From positions 27,597-91,596 of the forward strand of contig URCT01000001.1 in NCBI GenBank assembly GCA_900546385.1: a DNA stretch of 64,000 nucleotides. Direction: 5' to 3'. Source of the stretch: an uncultured Eubacteriales bacterium (GTDB taxonomy: Bacteria > Bacillota > Clostridia > Oscillospirales > CAG-382). Each line of letters starts with the position of its first letter. Positions within the stretch are counted from its first letter, which is position 1. Below are positions 24,962 through 34,324 of this stretch, piece after piece. The notes beneath the pieces were generated by a model. It searched no databases. It had not been told where the DNA came from and worked only from the letters and a program-made list of their open reading frames with translations. The position numbers were made by a program, and so were the translations under genes.

Positions 24962-26941
24962 TTAAAACCGATACGGATTTTTGGAGGCAAACCACACGAT
25001 CTGCTCAGCGCTGCTGCGTCCAAGCGAAAACGTGACGTTGTACTTTGCGTCCTCGTTGACGCGCGTCGCGCGAAGCACGATCTTATTTTCGCCCTTATGA
25101 AGCCGGACATTTTCCAAATGCACGTTTTCCGCCGTCCAGTTATCACAGTTTTCACGCTCTCCGACACATTCGCCGTTGACATACAGCGCAAACGGCGCAC
25201 TGTGTCCGACCTGAATGCAGACATTCACATCGTCCGGCACAACGAGAATCCGGGAAAGATACGCGGTACACGGCCCACGGAAGCCGAAGAAATCCGAAAG
25301 CCGGAAGCTGTCCTCCGGAATGCTTGCAAGCGTCTGCTCGACAATCGGGCTTGCATACTCTCGGTCAAGCGGTGCGAAAAGTGCCGTTTCATCGGCAAAG
25401 TCCGTCTTGGTGTCCGGAAAGAAATTCAAGTGGAAATCTCTTTTTTTATCGGTATCCGTGCCGGGAATGCAGGATTCGGCCATCAGCGCGGAGTAGGGAT
25501 ACTTTTCGGAAAAATGCGCCAGAATGCGCTCGGTGTTGCAGATCGGCTCGGTGCGCCAGAAAGGCCCGGTCAATTTCCACGGCGTCGCTCCGGCAAGGCC
25601 GAACGACGTTTCAAGCACGGTTTTGCCGTTCTCGGTGACCGTGACCGGGAAAATGTTGCGGTCGTACACAAGTTCCGTATCGTCCGGCAAGAAGAATTCC
25701 ACCGGCACCGATAGTTTTTCACCCGGCGCAAGCACAATCGAAACGTGCGGCATCCGGCAGAGAATGCCGCCTGCTTCGCCGATGTCCACGGAGTACGCGT
25801 GTGTGCTGTCGCTGCGGTTCTCGAAGCATAACGTCACGTTGCGCGTTTGACCGAGCGCAATCGACGGGTCTTGCTTCTCATATTTGGCAAAGAAGCCAAG
25901 CTCCGGCTGCTTTTCAAAGCCAAACGAAACCTCCGGTGCGCCCGAAAGCGTTACTTCGGTATTGACATTTTTGCAGAATTCCACGCCGATATGCGCGATA
26001 TCTTCGGCAAGGTCGAAGATCTTATTGCTGCGGCGGTTGCTCTTTACGCCGAGCGCATAGGGAATCTCGGTCAAACCATAGGCACGCATGAGTTCGTCCG
26101 CGCCGCGCAGTATCCCGATAACCGCGCCGGCTGTCGCACAGGTGCAGTCGGTATCAAAGCCGCAGTTAAGCGCAAGCATGCTGGTTTTGATGATATCGTT
26201 TTCACCGAGCAGCAGTGCCATGAGCGTAATCCCCATGTTCTGAAGCATATTGGTGCAGTCTGGATGCCCATAGCGGAACAGCAGCTTGGTGAGCACGGTT
26301 TTGCTGTCTTTGTAGGTATCGCACAGCGACAGCACATAGATAACAAGCCCATAAAACGGCGATGCTTCCGGCACGACGGCAAGAGCGTGTGCAATAAGGT
26401 CGGCCATTTTTGTCTTTTCGTCCGCAAAAAAGGCTTCGCTTTCGAGCGCCGCTAAAAAGCGTTCGGCGTCGATGGATTCGCCATAATGGTCAAGGCAGCC
26501 GTCGCGTGAAGCAAACTCTGCCGCAAGCGCCGGATTGCCGACGGCCACTGCTGCCCAGATTTCCGAACGAATCGGACAGCCCATACCGTTTCGGTAATAA
26601 TCGTTGCAGAATTTACCGGAAACCGGCGGATAGATGCCGCGCTTGAAGTTTTTGCGCATGACAGCGTATTCGCCCGGCGAATAGGCGCAGTGCGTGACAA
26701 AGCGTTCGAGAAGGTCAAACGACGTAAAAGCCGCGCCCTTTTGCTCCAAAACGTCAAGCCACAGGATCTGCAGATCGAGGTCGTCGTTGGGGAGCTCGCA
26801 GTTGATCATTTCCGGCATGAACGGAAGCTCCATCGGCATTTTGACGCCCTCATGCGGCGCGCCGATATTGCCGGAGACCGCTTTTCCGATAAAGCAGCCA
26901 TAGACTTTATCCAGATAGGTTTTATAAGATAGATTACGCAT
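24962..26941 (-). CDS. ADP-ribosylglycohydrolase-family domain fused to about 330 aa of C-terminal Ig-like and lectin/ConA-like beta-sandwich region.
   Basis: ORF track 24962..27067. I prefer ATG 26941 (RBS AGGAGAG). The N-terminus DKVYGCFIGKAVSGNIGAPHEG and GFDTDCTCATAGAVIG are ARH-type metal-site motifs. The C-terminus ...YLSRILVVPDDVNVCIQVGHSAPFALYVNGECVG...VRLHKGENKIVL resembles carbohydrate-enzyme accessory domains. No signal peptide. Confidence 0.7.
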   Translation of the reverse strand: MRNLSYKTYLDKVYGCFIGKAVSGNIGAPHEGVKMPMELPFMPEMINCELPNDDLDLQILWLDVLEQKGAAFTSFDLLERFVTHCAYSPGEYAVMRKNFKRGIYPPVSGKFCNDYYRNGMGCPIRSEIWAAVAVGNPALAAEFASRDGCLDHYGESIDAERFLAALESEAFFADEKTKMADLIAHALAVVPEASPFYGLVIYVLSLCDTYKDSKTVLTKLLFRYGHPDCTNMLQNMGITLMALLLGENDIIKTSMLALNCGFDTDCTCATAGAVIGILRGADELMRAYGLTEIPYALGVKSNRRSNKIFDLAEDIAHIGVEFCKNVNTEVTLSGAPEVSFGFEKQPELGFFAKYEKQDPSIALGQTRNVTLCFENRSDSTHAYSVDIGEAGGILCRMPHVSIVLAPGEKLSVPVEFFLPDDTELVYDRNIFPVTVTENGKTVLETSFGLAGATPWKLTGPFWRTEPICNTERILAHFSEKYPYSALMAESCIPGTDTDKKRDFHLNFFPDTKTDFADETALFAPLDREYASPIVEQTLASIPEDSFRLSDFFGFRGPCTAYLSRILVVPDDVNVCIQVGHSAPFALYVNGECVGERENCDNWTAENVHLENVRLHKGENKIVLRATRVNEDAKYNVTFSLGRSSAEQIVWFASKNPYRF

Positions 26942-26972
26942 AAATACTCTCCTTTTTTTGTGTGTTTTGCTT

Positions 26973-27001
26973 ATTGTACTATGCAGCTTTTGGTTTTGCA
27001 A
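26973..27001 (-). promoter_or_regulatory. Sigma-A-type promoter for the ARH-fusion gene.
   Basis: Minus strand reads TTGCAA-aaccaaaagctgcatag(17)-TACAAT, about 30 nt upstream of ATG 26941. Confidence 0.55.
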
Positions 27002-27154
27002 GTGGTTTTCGAAAAAAACATAAAATAATGCAAAATTTACGCCCTTTTTCCGGAAACAGCGGAACAAAAAGGGTGCTTTTTTCGTCTTTCAGGCATACGG
27101 GGGAGAAAGCTGTCGAAAAAAAGCTTAAATTCTCCTTAAAATTTCAAAAAAACT

Positions 27155-27183
27155 CTTGTGCAAAATCAAAATATAGTGTATTA
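27155..27183 (+). promoter_or_regulatory. Sigma-A-type promoter for the SLH protein gene.
   Basis: TTGTGC-aaaatcaaaatatagtg(17)-TATTAT in an AT-rich region. The leader to ATG 27239 is about 50 nt. Confidence 0.45.
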
Positions 27184-27238
27184 TATATGTGATAATAACT
27201 ATTTGTAGTGTTTTGACGCAACAGAAAGGATGGACGCT

Positions 27239-30200
27239 ATGAACAACGGAAAGGGAAATAAACTGAAACTTGCCGCAAAGCTTGCCGGTTCTTTGTGCGC
27301 CGCGGTGCTTTTGACAGGCTCGCTCGGCGTTTCCGCCGCAAAGCTCACCGATATCGACGGACATTGGTCCAAGGACTACGTGGAATACGGTGTACAGAAA
27401 GGCTACATCAACGGCTATGAGGACGGCTCGTTCCGGCCGGAGGCCACGGTGAACCGTGCCGAGTTTTCCAAAATGATTAATGCCTCTGTCGGCATTGCCA
27501 AAACGGCCGATATCTCCTTTAACGATATTTCGTCCGGGGATTGGTACTACCAAGAGGTGCGCAAAGCCGTCTATGCCGGCTACACCAACGGCTATGAGGA
27601 CGATACCTTCCGCGCGGAAAACAGCATCACGCGTGAAGAAGCCGCCGTTATTCTGTCCCGAATCGCTACGCGTGCCGAAAAAACCAAGTCGCTGTCCTCT
27701 TTCAGAGATACCGACGAAATTGCCGATTGGGCGGAGGATGCATTTGAGCTTGTCTGCTCCAAGGGCTATATCACCGGCGACGAGCAAAAGCGTTTGCAGC
27801 CGAAGGGCTTGTTGACACGCGGACAGGCGGCAAAAATCATCTATTCTCTTATCACGACCGAAAACATCTGTGCCAAGGATTACACGATAAGTGCCTTCAA
27901 TCCGACCTGCTCGGAAACCATTTTCACGGGCGATGTGATTTTCTCGTCCAACCTTTTGAAAAGCTCGCTTTCGCTGGATGGCTGCCGCATTCTCGGAATG
28001 CTAAAAATTTCCGGCAGAGGCGGTGCGGAGATTTCCGCCAAGGATTCTCATATCGGAGCAATCGAAGTGAAGGGCGCCGACCCGACCATCACGCTTGCGG
28101 ACAGCTATGCCAAGTATGTGTATTTGGATGCACCGGCAAGCCTTGCCGGTTCGCGGTACGGCACGGTGTATTTGTCCGGCGACAATCTTGTTTCCGGTAC
28201 GGTTGAAATAAACGCCAAGCCTGAAAAGACCGTGATTTCGACCGATTCGATCGTGCGCTTCGGCGATCTGCCGCTTTTGGAAATTACCAAAAAAGCATCG
28301 GTTACCGTGCAGAGCGGCAAAATTGCTTCCATGACGGTTGCTTCCGGTGCGCAAGGCAGCGTGATTACGCTTTCGAATGATGTCGAGGTGGATAACCTCA
28401 CAGTCAACGCCGCCGTTTCTTTCCGAGGCAAGGGCGAAATCGCAAGTGCTGTGAACAATGTGAGCGGTGTTACCTACGAAACAAGACCGAACAAGGTGAC
28501 CGGCAAGGATTCTTCGTCCGGTTCTTCGGGCGAAACTGATCCGGACGGCTATTTCTCACCGTCCTTAATATCTCCCTCCAAGAGTGAGACCGGCGTTTCG
28601 ATCGGCACGGATATCGTTTTGGCTTTCGGCCGGACGGTATATGATGCGGATGGCGACAATCTGACGGAATCCTACATTCGCCGGAATTTTGAGCTTCACC
28701 GTTCCTCCGCAACCGGCACGGAAATCAGCTTTGATGTTTCCATGTCCTCCGCACACCGTCAGATCACGCTTGTGCCCGATGAAAAGCTTGACTACGGCAC
28801 GCGTTATTATGTGGTTGCCAAGGCCGGTGTTTTAACCGATACGAACGGCAACAAAAACTCCGCTATTTCCACTTACTTTACGACGGTTTCCTCCGGTTCG
28901 TCTTCGTCGGATACCTCGTCGAAAATCACGTTCTCGCCGAAAAACGGTGCTTCTGACGTTTCCACCTCCGGGAAAATGACCATCACCTTCTCTTCGGCTG
29001 TATATGACCTCGACGGCGACACGCCGACCTCCTCGTATCTCTCCCGTCAGGCGATCGAGCTTCGCGAAAAGAGCACGAGCGGAACGACCGTGCCGATCTC
29101 GGTTACCATCAACTCGACGCGCAAGGTGTTGACCGTAACGCCGGAGGAAGTCTTAAAAGTCAACACGCGCTACTACCTGATCGTGCTTGACCGCAAGCTT
29201 ATGTATTCGAATAAATCCAAAATTGCACGCAGCTATGTGAACTTCACCACCTCCGGCGAATTGGATGTGACCATCTCTCCGGCAAACGGCGCAACCGGTG
29301 TGGCGATTGATGAAGAAATCAAGCTGTCGTTCAATACCGAAATCTTCCGTCCGTCCGGCTCGAATGTGACGCAAACCTACCTTGCCGAGCAGGCCATCGA
29401 GTTACGCAAATCCTCCGCGACCGGCACGAAGATCAGCTGTACGGCGGTATTAAATTCCGACCGCAAGACCGTTCGCCTGATCCCGTCCGAACTGGAGCCG
29501 GGCACACGGTATTATATCGTTCTTCCGGCCGGCAAGCTTGCCGGTGAAGGCGGCGAGGAAAACAAAAAGATTACGAGCTACTTTACGACGGCAAACGCCA
29601 TGACGCCGGCCTTTAATCCGGCAAACGGTGCAACCGATGTTTCGCCGACCGACAATATCGTGATTAAATTCTCCGATGCGCTGTACGATAAGGATAAGAA
29701 ACCGATCACGGCAGAGTATGTTGCGGAAAAGGTGGTTGTTCTCAAGAAAAACTCCTCCTCCGGCACGGCAATCCCGTTTGAAGTGGCAGTCGCTTCCGAT
29801 TACAAGAGCTTTACCGTAAAACCGAAAACGTCGTTTGTCACCAATGCTTCTTATTATGTTGCGGTCAACCGCAATACCCTGTACAACGAAAGCGGCAAGG
29901 CCAATACCGCCGGAAGCAGCCTGTTCAAAACCTCGTATTCCAACGCTCCCGATTTCTTACCGTACAACGGTGAAAAAAACGTTGAAGTCGGCTCGACCAT
30001 CCAGATTACCTTCGACCGCAGGATGTATGCCATCGGCGGTGCCGAGTTAACGACCAACTATGTCCGCAACAACGTTGTTGAGCTGTACAAGGGCAGCGAA
30101 GACGGCACGGCAGTGGCCTTCAGCGTTACGCTCAGCTCCGACAAGCAGACCATCACCATAAAGCCGAGTACCAAGCTTTCCGGCGAAACCAAATATGTTG

Positions 30201-31489
30201 TCGTGCTTCGCAAGGCGTCGCTTGAGGATTCCGGCGGCAACGAAAATGCGCTGTATACCTCCACCTTCACAACCGCGGAAGCTGTAAGCACCGGCATCAC
30301 CGTAACGCCTGCCAAAGCGACTACCGGTGTTTCGGTATCGACGAAGATTACCGTTGAATTCGAAAGTGCCGTATACCGCACCGGCGGCAGCGTCGTATCG
30401 AACGCATACTTAGTCAATAACGTTTTCGAACTTCGCAAGGGTTCGTCCTCCTCCGGCAAGAAGATCGAATGCACGGCAGAAATGGACGCAAAGAACCGCG
30501 TGATGACCATCACACCGACCGAGGATCTCGAAAAGAGCACGACCTATTATCTGCGCATTCTTTCCGGCTCGCTCCAATACGGCGACGGTACCACTAAGGT
30601 TCCTGCCTATTCCTCGTACTTCACCACCGGCGACGGCAAACCGGTCGTTTCCTCCCTCAAAGTGGTGGAAGCCGGTGCCTCGCAGCTTGTTTGCGAAGTC
30701 ATCAGCTCTTCTGACGGCAACGTAACGGTTTCGGCTCTCGACGGCGGCAAAACGGTAAGCACCGCAACGACCGCTGTCACCGCAGGCACGGCGACCCGTG
30801 TGACGGTAGCTGACCTTGCCAGCAACCACACCTATACGCTGAGTGCCGTGGTGCAGAGCACGGGCGGTGAGCTTTCGGCTTCTCGTACCGTTTCCGGCAA
30901 GACCACAACGCCCTTTACCTTTGCTGTGGCCGATAAGACCGATACGACCTTAACGGTCAACATTCAAACCAACTGCAAGGGAACGCTCGATATCACCTAT
31001 ACCGAACGCAAGACCGGCAAAAAGGAAACCCGTGTCACCGGCCTTCTCTTGGAAAAGGATACCAAACGCGATTTCGTGATTTCTGACCTTACGCCGAGCA
31101 CCGAATACGATGTGACGGCCACCTTTACTGATCTGCTTGACGGAAGCTATACGGTGTCTGACCGTGTAACGACCGCCGCCGCACAAAAAGAGGTGTTAGA
31201 GATCACCGGTTTGACGCTCATTTCCTCGACCGGCGACATATACGAAGCCGATGTCAAGGACGGCAAAGCATCGCTTACCATCGAAAAGGCCGAATATATC
31301 ACCTTGAAGGGCGCATCCTCGGTTGCCAATGCCAAATTCACCTTCAACGGCGAAACCGTGGATCCGGATACCGTTTCGGGAAAAATCACTGTTACTCCCG
31401 GTGAAGATACCACCGTTGCCGTGACATTGACCTCCGGTGTGACCGGAACGGTTGTGAAAGCGACCCTTACGGTTTCGGTTCGCAAATAA
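27239..31489 (+). CDS. S-layer-homology (3x SLH) cell-surface protein with six tandem Ig-like (SbsA-Ig-type) modules. S-layer protein candidate.
   Basis: ORF track 27230..31489. ATG 27239 has better spacing from GAAAGGA. Signal peptide KLAAKLAGSLCAAVLLTGSLGVSAA. Three SLH repeats (DIDGHWSKDYVEYGVQKGYINGYEDGSFRP..., FNDISSGDWYYQEVRKAVYAGYTNGYEDDTFRA..., FRDTDEIADWAEDAFELVCSKGYITGD...). These are followed by a beta-helix-like region, six roughly 115-aa repeats and three C-terminal beta-sandwich modules. Confidence 0.85.
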   Translation: MNNGKGNKLKLAAKLAGSLCAAVLLTGSLGVSAAKLTDIDGHWSKDYVEYGVQKGYINGYEDGSFRPEATVNRAEFSKMINASVGIAKTADISFNDISSGDWYYQEVRKAVYAGYTNGYEDDTFRAENSITREEAAVILSRIATRAEKTKSLSSFRDTDEIADWAEDAFELVCSKGYITGDEQKRLQPKGLLTRGQAAKIIYSLITTENICAKDYTISAFNPTCSETIFTGDVIFSSNLLKSSLSLDGCRILGMLKISGRGGAEISAKDSHIGAIEVKGADPTITLADSYAKYVYLDAPASLAGSRYGTVYLSGDNLVSGTVEINAKPEKTVISTDSIVRFGDLPLLEITKKASVTVQSGKIASMTVASGAQGSVITLSNDVEVDNLTVNAAVSFRGKGEIASAVNNVSGVTYETRPNKVTGKDSSSGSSGETDPDGYFSPSLISPSKSETGVSIGTDIVLAFGRTVYDADGDNLTESYIRRNFELHRSSATGTEISFDVSMSSAHRQITLVPDEKLDYGTRYYVVAKAGVLTDTNGNKNSAISTYFTTVSSGSSSSDTSSKITFSPKNGASDVSTSGKMTITFSSAVYDLDGDTPTSSYLSRQAIELREKSTSGTTVPISVTINSTRKVLTVTPEEVLKVNTRYYLIVLDRKLMYSNKSKIARSYVNFTTSGELDVTISPANGATGVAIDEEIKLSFNTEIFRPSGSNVTQTYLAEQAIELRKSSATGTKISCTAVLNSDRKTVRLIPSELEPGTRYYIVLPAGKLAGEGGEENKKITSYFTTANAMTPAFNPANGATDVSPTDNIVIKFSDALYDKDKKPITAEYVAEKVVVLKKNSSSGTAIPFEVAVASDYKSFTVKPKTSFVTNASYYVAVNRNTLYNESGKANTAGSSLFKTSYSNAPDFLPYNGEKNVEVGSTIQITFDRRMYAIGGAELTTNYVRNNVVELYKGSEDGTAVAFSVTLSSDKQTITIKPSTKLSGETKYVVVLRKASLEDSGGNENALYTSTFTTAEAVSTGITVTPAKATTGVSVSTKITVEFESAVYRTGGSVVSNAYLVNNVFELRKGSSSSGKKIECTAEMDAKNRVMTITPTEDLEKSTTYYLRILSGSLQYGDGTTKVPAYSSYFTTGDGKPVVSSLKVVEAGASQLVCEVISSSDGNVTVSALDGGKTVSTATTAVTAGTATRVTVADLASNHTYTLSAVVQSTGGELSASRTVSGKTTTPFTFAVADKTDTTLTVNIQTNCKGTLDITYTERKTGKKETRVTGLLLEKDTKRDFVISDLTPSTEYDVTATFTDLLDGSYTVSDRVTTAAAQKEVLEITGLTLISSTGDIYEADVKDGKASLTIEKAEYITLKGASSVANAKFTFNGETVDPDTVSGKITVTPGEDTTVAVTLTSGVTGTVVKATLTVSVRK
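28553..30633 (+). repeat. Six tandem roughly 345-bp (115-aa) coding repeats (Ig-like modules) within the SLH protein.
   Basis: Each unit follows the pattern (F/I)(S/N)PxNGA(T/S)(D/G)V...I.I.F...(Y/F)...G......Y....(I/V)EL(R/K)K.S.(S/T)GT.(I/V)....(S/T).......(I/V).(L/V).P...L...T.YY(I/L/V)V.......... and ends in YFTT. The units are diverged at the DNA level. Confidence 0.8.
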
Positions 31490-31513
31490 TACGCATTCAA
31501 ATAAAGAAACAAC

Positions 31514-31548
31514 GGCACACCGCATCAAGCGCGGTGTGCCGTTTGTTT
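31514..31548 (+). terminator. Intrinsic terminator after the SLH gene.
   Basis: GGCACACCGC-atcaagc-GCGGTGTGCC followed by GTTTGTTT. Confidence 0.8.
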
Positions 31549-31551
31549 GAC

Positions 31552-31587
31552 ATAAAAAATCCTTTACGGCTTGTGTTTCCGTAAAGG
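31552..31587 (-). terminator. Intrinsic terminator after the amino-acid ABC operon.
   Basis: Minus strand: CCTTTACGG-aaacacaag-CCGTAAAGG followed by ATTTTTTAT. It starts 11 nt after the stop at 31598. Confidence 0.8.
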
Positions 31588-31597
31588 ATTTTGTTGT

Positions 31598-32380
31598 TTA
31601 GGAATTGACCGTGCCTTCCAGGGATTTACTGAGGAAGGAGCGTAATTTTTCGCTTTTGGGAAAACCGAAGATTTGCTCCGGCGTGCCTTGTTCTTCGACA
31701 AGGCCGTCTGCCATGTAGATGATCCTGTCCGAAACGCCGCGGGCAAACCCGAGTTCATGCGTGACGATGATCATGGTGGTGTTTGTATCTTTTAATTCAC
31801 GGATGACGCGTAACACCTCACCGGTTAATTCCGGGTCGAGTGCGGAGGTCGGCTCGTCAAAGCACAACACGTCCGGACTCATGCTGAGTGCGCGCGCGAT
31901 GGCCACACGCTGCTGTTGGCCGCCCGAGAGCTCACACGGATAGGCAGAGGCCTTGTCGTGCAAGCCCACCTCGCGCAGCAGATCGTAGGCGCGTTCGGTG
32001 ATCTGCTCCTTGGTGAGACCGTCCGGCTTTTTCTTTTCAAGCAGTTCGCTGGCAAGCGTCAGATTTTTGAGTACCGTGTACTGCGGAAACAGGTTGAACG
32101 ATTGGAATACCAACCCGAAATGCAGATGGTTCTGGCGCAGCTCCTTTTCGGACAGGTGCTTTTGAACGGATGCGTTGTAGATTTCCTTGCCGTTGATGCT
32201 GATACTGCCCGTATCCGGTGTTTCCAAAAAGTTCAAGCACCGCAAAAGCGTTGTTTTTCCGCTTCCGGAGGAGCCTAAAATCGAGAGAACCTCGCCTTTT
32301 TCCAGCGAAAAATCGATTCCCTTCAAAACTTCCAGCTTGCCGTAGCTCTTGCGGATATTTTTGACTTCGAGTAAAGACAT
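31598..32380 (-). CDS. Polar amino-acid ABC transporter ATP-binding protein (GlnQ type).
   Basis: ORF track, 260 aa. Motifs: [41 protein letters not shown]. Confidence 0.92.
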   Translation of the reverse strand: MSLLEVKNIRKSYGKLEVLKGIDFSLEKGEVLSILGSSGSGKTTLLRCLNFLETPDTGSISINGKEIYNASVQKHLSEKELRQNHLHFGLVFQSFNLFPQYTVLKNLTLASELLEKKKPDGLTKEQITERAYDLLREVGLHDKASAYPCELSGGQQQRVAIARALSMSPDVLCFDEPTSALDPELTGEVLRVIRELKDTNTTMIIVTHELGFARGVSDRIIYMADGLVEEQGTPEQIFGFPKSEKLRSFLSKSLEGTVNS

Positions 32381-32395
32381 GGCTTCCTCCCTCGT

Positions 32396-33100
32396 TTAAC
32401 CTTTGTAATAGTCGAGCTTCTTTTCGATATAACCGAAGAAAAGCGTCAATACGCCGCTGAAAATGAGATAATACACGCCCGTATAGAACAGCGGCCAGAC
32501 AAGGCCGTCCATTTTGGCGAACTTCTGTGCCGCCCAAATGATCTCATACACCGAAATGATGCGTGCAAGCGAGGTATCCTTGACCAAGGTGATGATTTCG
32601 TTTCCCATAGGCGGAACGATTTTTTTGACCACCTGGAAGAGAATGATCTTGAAAAAGACCTGCGTTTTGGTCATGCCGAGTACCGCACCGGCCTCATATT
32701 GGCCGCGCGGCATACTTTCGATTCCGCCGCGGTAGATTTCGGAAAAATAGCAGGCGTAGTTAATGACAAACGCCACCATGACCGCCATGAACCGGTCGGG
32801 AACGGTGAGTCCCGCAAGCGAACGAATGAGAAAACCGCTGCCGCCAAGACCGCTTGCCCATTTGCCGATAAAGCCGGGAACATAGAAAATGGCAATCAGC
32901 TGTAACATAAGCGGCGTGCCGCGGATGATCCACACAAACACGCGCACCACCCACCGAAGCGGGCGAAAGCGGCTCATCGAGCCAAAGCTGATGATAAGCC
33001 CCAGCGGCAGAGAAAACAAAAGCGTTAAGGCGAATATTTTTAGGGTCATTCCGAAGCCCTCCAAAAGGGCAAGCGAAACGCGGATAAATTCTTCGTTCAT
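32396..33100 (-). CDS. Polar amino-acid ABC transporter permease (HisM/GlnP type).
   Basis: ORF track, 234 aa. It is polytopic and carries an EAA-like loop: ESMPRGQYEAGAVLGMTKTQVFFKIILFQ. Confidence 0.9.
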   Translation of the reverse strand: MNEEFIRVSLALLEGFGMTLKIFALTLLFSLPLGLIISFGSMSRFRPLRWVVRVFVWIIRGTPLMLQLIAIFYVPGFIGKWASGLGGSGFLIRSLAGLTVPDRFMAVMVAFVINYACYFSEIYRGGIESMPRGQYEAGAVLGMTKTQVFFKIILFQVVKKIVPPMGNEIITLVKDTSLARIISVYEIIWAAQKFAKMDGLVWPLFYTGVYYLIFSGVLTLFFGYIEKKLDYYKG

Positions 33101-33189
33101 GTCGTTTGATAAATCCTTTCAAGCGGATGCTCTTCGTATTTCTTGCGGCAGAAAACCTGACGGCGGAAAAACCGAACGATTTTCTCTCG

Positions 33190-33229
33190 CAAGAAAGGCA
33201 GAAAGCCCGTTTTTCGCGAGCTTTCTGCC
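33190..33229 (-). terminator. Hairpin plus T-tract between the SBP and permease genes (probable partial terminator/attenuator).
   Basis: Minus strand: GGCAGAAAGC-tcgcgaaaaacgg-GCTTTCTGCC followed by TTTCTT. It starts 19 nt after the SBP stop at 33248. Confidence 0.55.
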
Positions 33230-33247
33230 GGTAGGCAAAGCTTTTGA

Positions 33248-34135
33248 TTATTCGGCGTCGAGAGCGAGCGTCAGCTCGTACTTTTCGGCAAGTGCCGGAA
33301 GCGTACCGTCGTTGTTTAATTCATCGATGATGCCGTTGACCTTTTCGGTGAGGTCGGAATCCTTGCGGAAGCCGATGCCGTATTCTTCGGAGGTGAGGGA
33401 GAGACCGTAGGTAAGGTCGGCATAGTTGGTGCCTTCACCGGTCATGGCGTTTGCCATGGTGATATCGATGACGCAGGCATCCTCCGCACCGGCGGCCACT
33501 TCCATGAGGGCATCTGCCTGGGTGCTGACTTCGGTTGCGGTGTAACCGGCATCGGCGATGGCGGCAGCTCCGGCAGAACCGGCTTCAGCGACAAAGGTGA
33601 GATCCTTTAAGGATTCGACGGTGGTGTAATCGGCGATCTTGTCCTTGTTCATGACGAGAACCTGTGCGTTGACGACATAGGGCTTGGAGCAGTTCATGCT
33701 GTTAACAACTTCGTTCGTGAGGGTCATGCCGTTCCAAACGCAGTCGATGGCTTTGGAATTGAGCTCGAACACCTTGTTGTCCCAGTCGATTTCCACGAAT
33801 TCGGCCTTTACACCGAGCTTTGCGGCAACGGCTTCGGCAAATTCGGTATCAAAGCCGGTCCATTGACCGTCTTCTTGGTAGTTCATGGGAGCGTATTCGG
33901 TGATACCGACTACGAGTGTGCCTTTGTCGGTGACGTAAGCGACATCGCTGTCTGTTTTGGTTTCATCGCCGGCCTTGTCGTCGGTGGTGTTTGCGTCTTC
34001 GCCGACGTTCTGTTCGTTCTGAACATCTTTGTCATTCTGGTCGTCGGTCACGGTTTCTTTTTTGCCGCAGGCGGTGAAAGCGATAAAGCTGGCTGCCATC
34101 AAGAGGGCAAGTACAATAGCAAGTGTTTTTTTCAT
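33248..34135 (-). CDS. Amino-acid ABC transporter substrate-binding lipoprotein (family 3).
   Basis: ORF track, 295 aa. Lipobox MKKTLAIVLALLMAASFIAFTAC, an acidic linker, then an SBP_bac_3-like body (GTLVVGITEYAPMNY...WNGMT...). Confidence 0.88.
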   Translation of the reverse strand: MKKTLAIVLALLMAASFIAFTACGKKETVTDDQNDKDVQNEQNVGEDANTTDDKAGDETKTDSDVAYVTDKGTLVVGITEYAPMNYQEDGQWTGFDTEFAEAVAAKLGVKAEFVEIDWDNKVFELNSKAIDCVWNGMTLTNEVVNSMNCSKPYVVNAQVLVMNKDKIADYTTVESLKDLTFVAEAGSAGAAAIADAGYTATEVSTQADALMEVAAGAEDACVIDITMANAMTGEGTNYADLTYGLSLTSEEYGIGFRKDSDLTEKVNGIIDELNNDGTLPALAEKYELTLALDAE

Positions 34136-34178
34136 GTTCGTTTACTCCTTTATTGCTTTAATTTACTGAAGTGAGACT

Positions 34179-34207
34179 ATTATAGCACGTCACTTTTGTT
34201 TTGTCAA
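34179..34207 (-). promoter_or_regulatory. Sigma-A promoter for the amino-acid ABC operon.
   Basis: Minus strand reads TTGACA-aaacaaaagtgacgtgc(17)-TATAAT, a perfect consensus, about 40 nt upstream of ATG 34135. Confidence 0.65.
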
Positions 34208-34235
34208 GGGTTTTTTCAAAATTAACAGTCACTTC

Positions 34236-34264
34236 TTGCGTTTTTCGACTTTTTGTACTATAAT
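34236..34264 (+). promoter_or_regulatory. Sigma-A-type promoter for the DUF362 gene.
   Basis: TTGCGT-ttttcgactttttgtac(17)-TATAAT, about 60 nt upstream of ATG 34325. Confidence 0.55.
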
Positions 34265-34324
34265 AACAATGTTACAAAATCTGCTTTTGTGAAAAAACGG
34301 CAAAAAAGGAAAAGGAGTGTTCGT

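Noticed and set aside
23330-26455. Antisense ORFs of 202-256 aa (23330..23986-, 24944..25714+, 25847..26455+) within the FAD oxidoreductase and ARH genes.
   Set aside because: Same shadow-ORF pattern. The opposite strands carry recognisable FAD-binding and ARH motifs.
24962-26941. The ARH-family gene read as a DraG-type, antitoxin-type or anti-ADP-ribosylation immunity component.
   Set aside because: No ADP-ribosyltransferase, toxin or nitrogenase-related partner lies nearby. The fused carbohydrate-type domains and the neighbouring genes point elsewhere.
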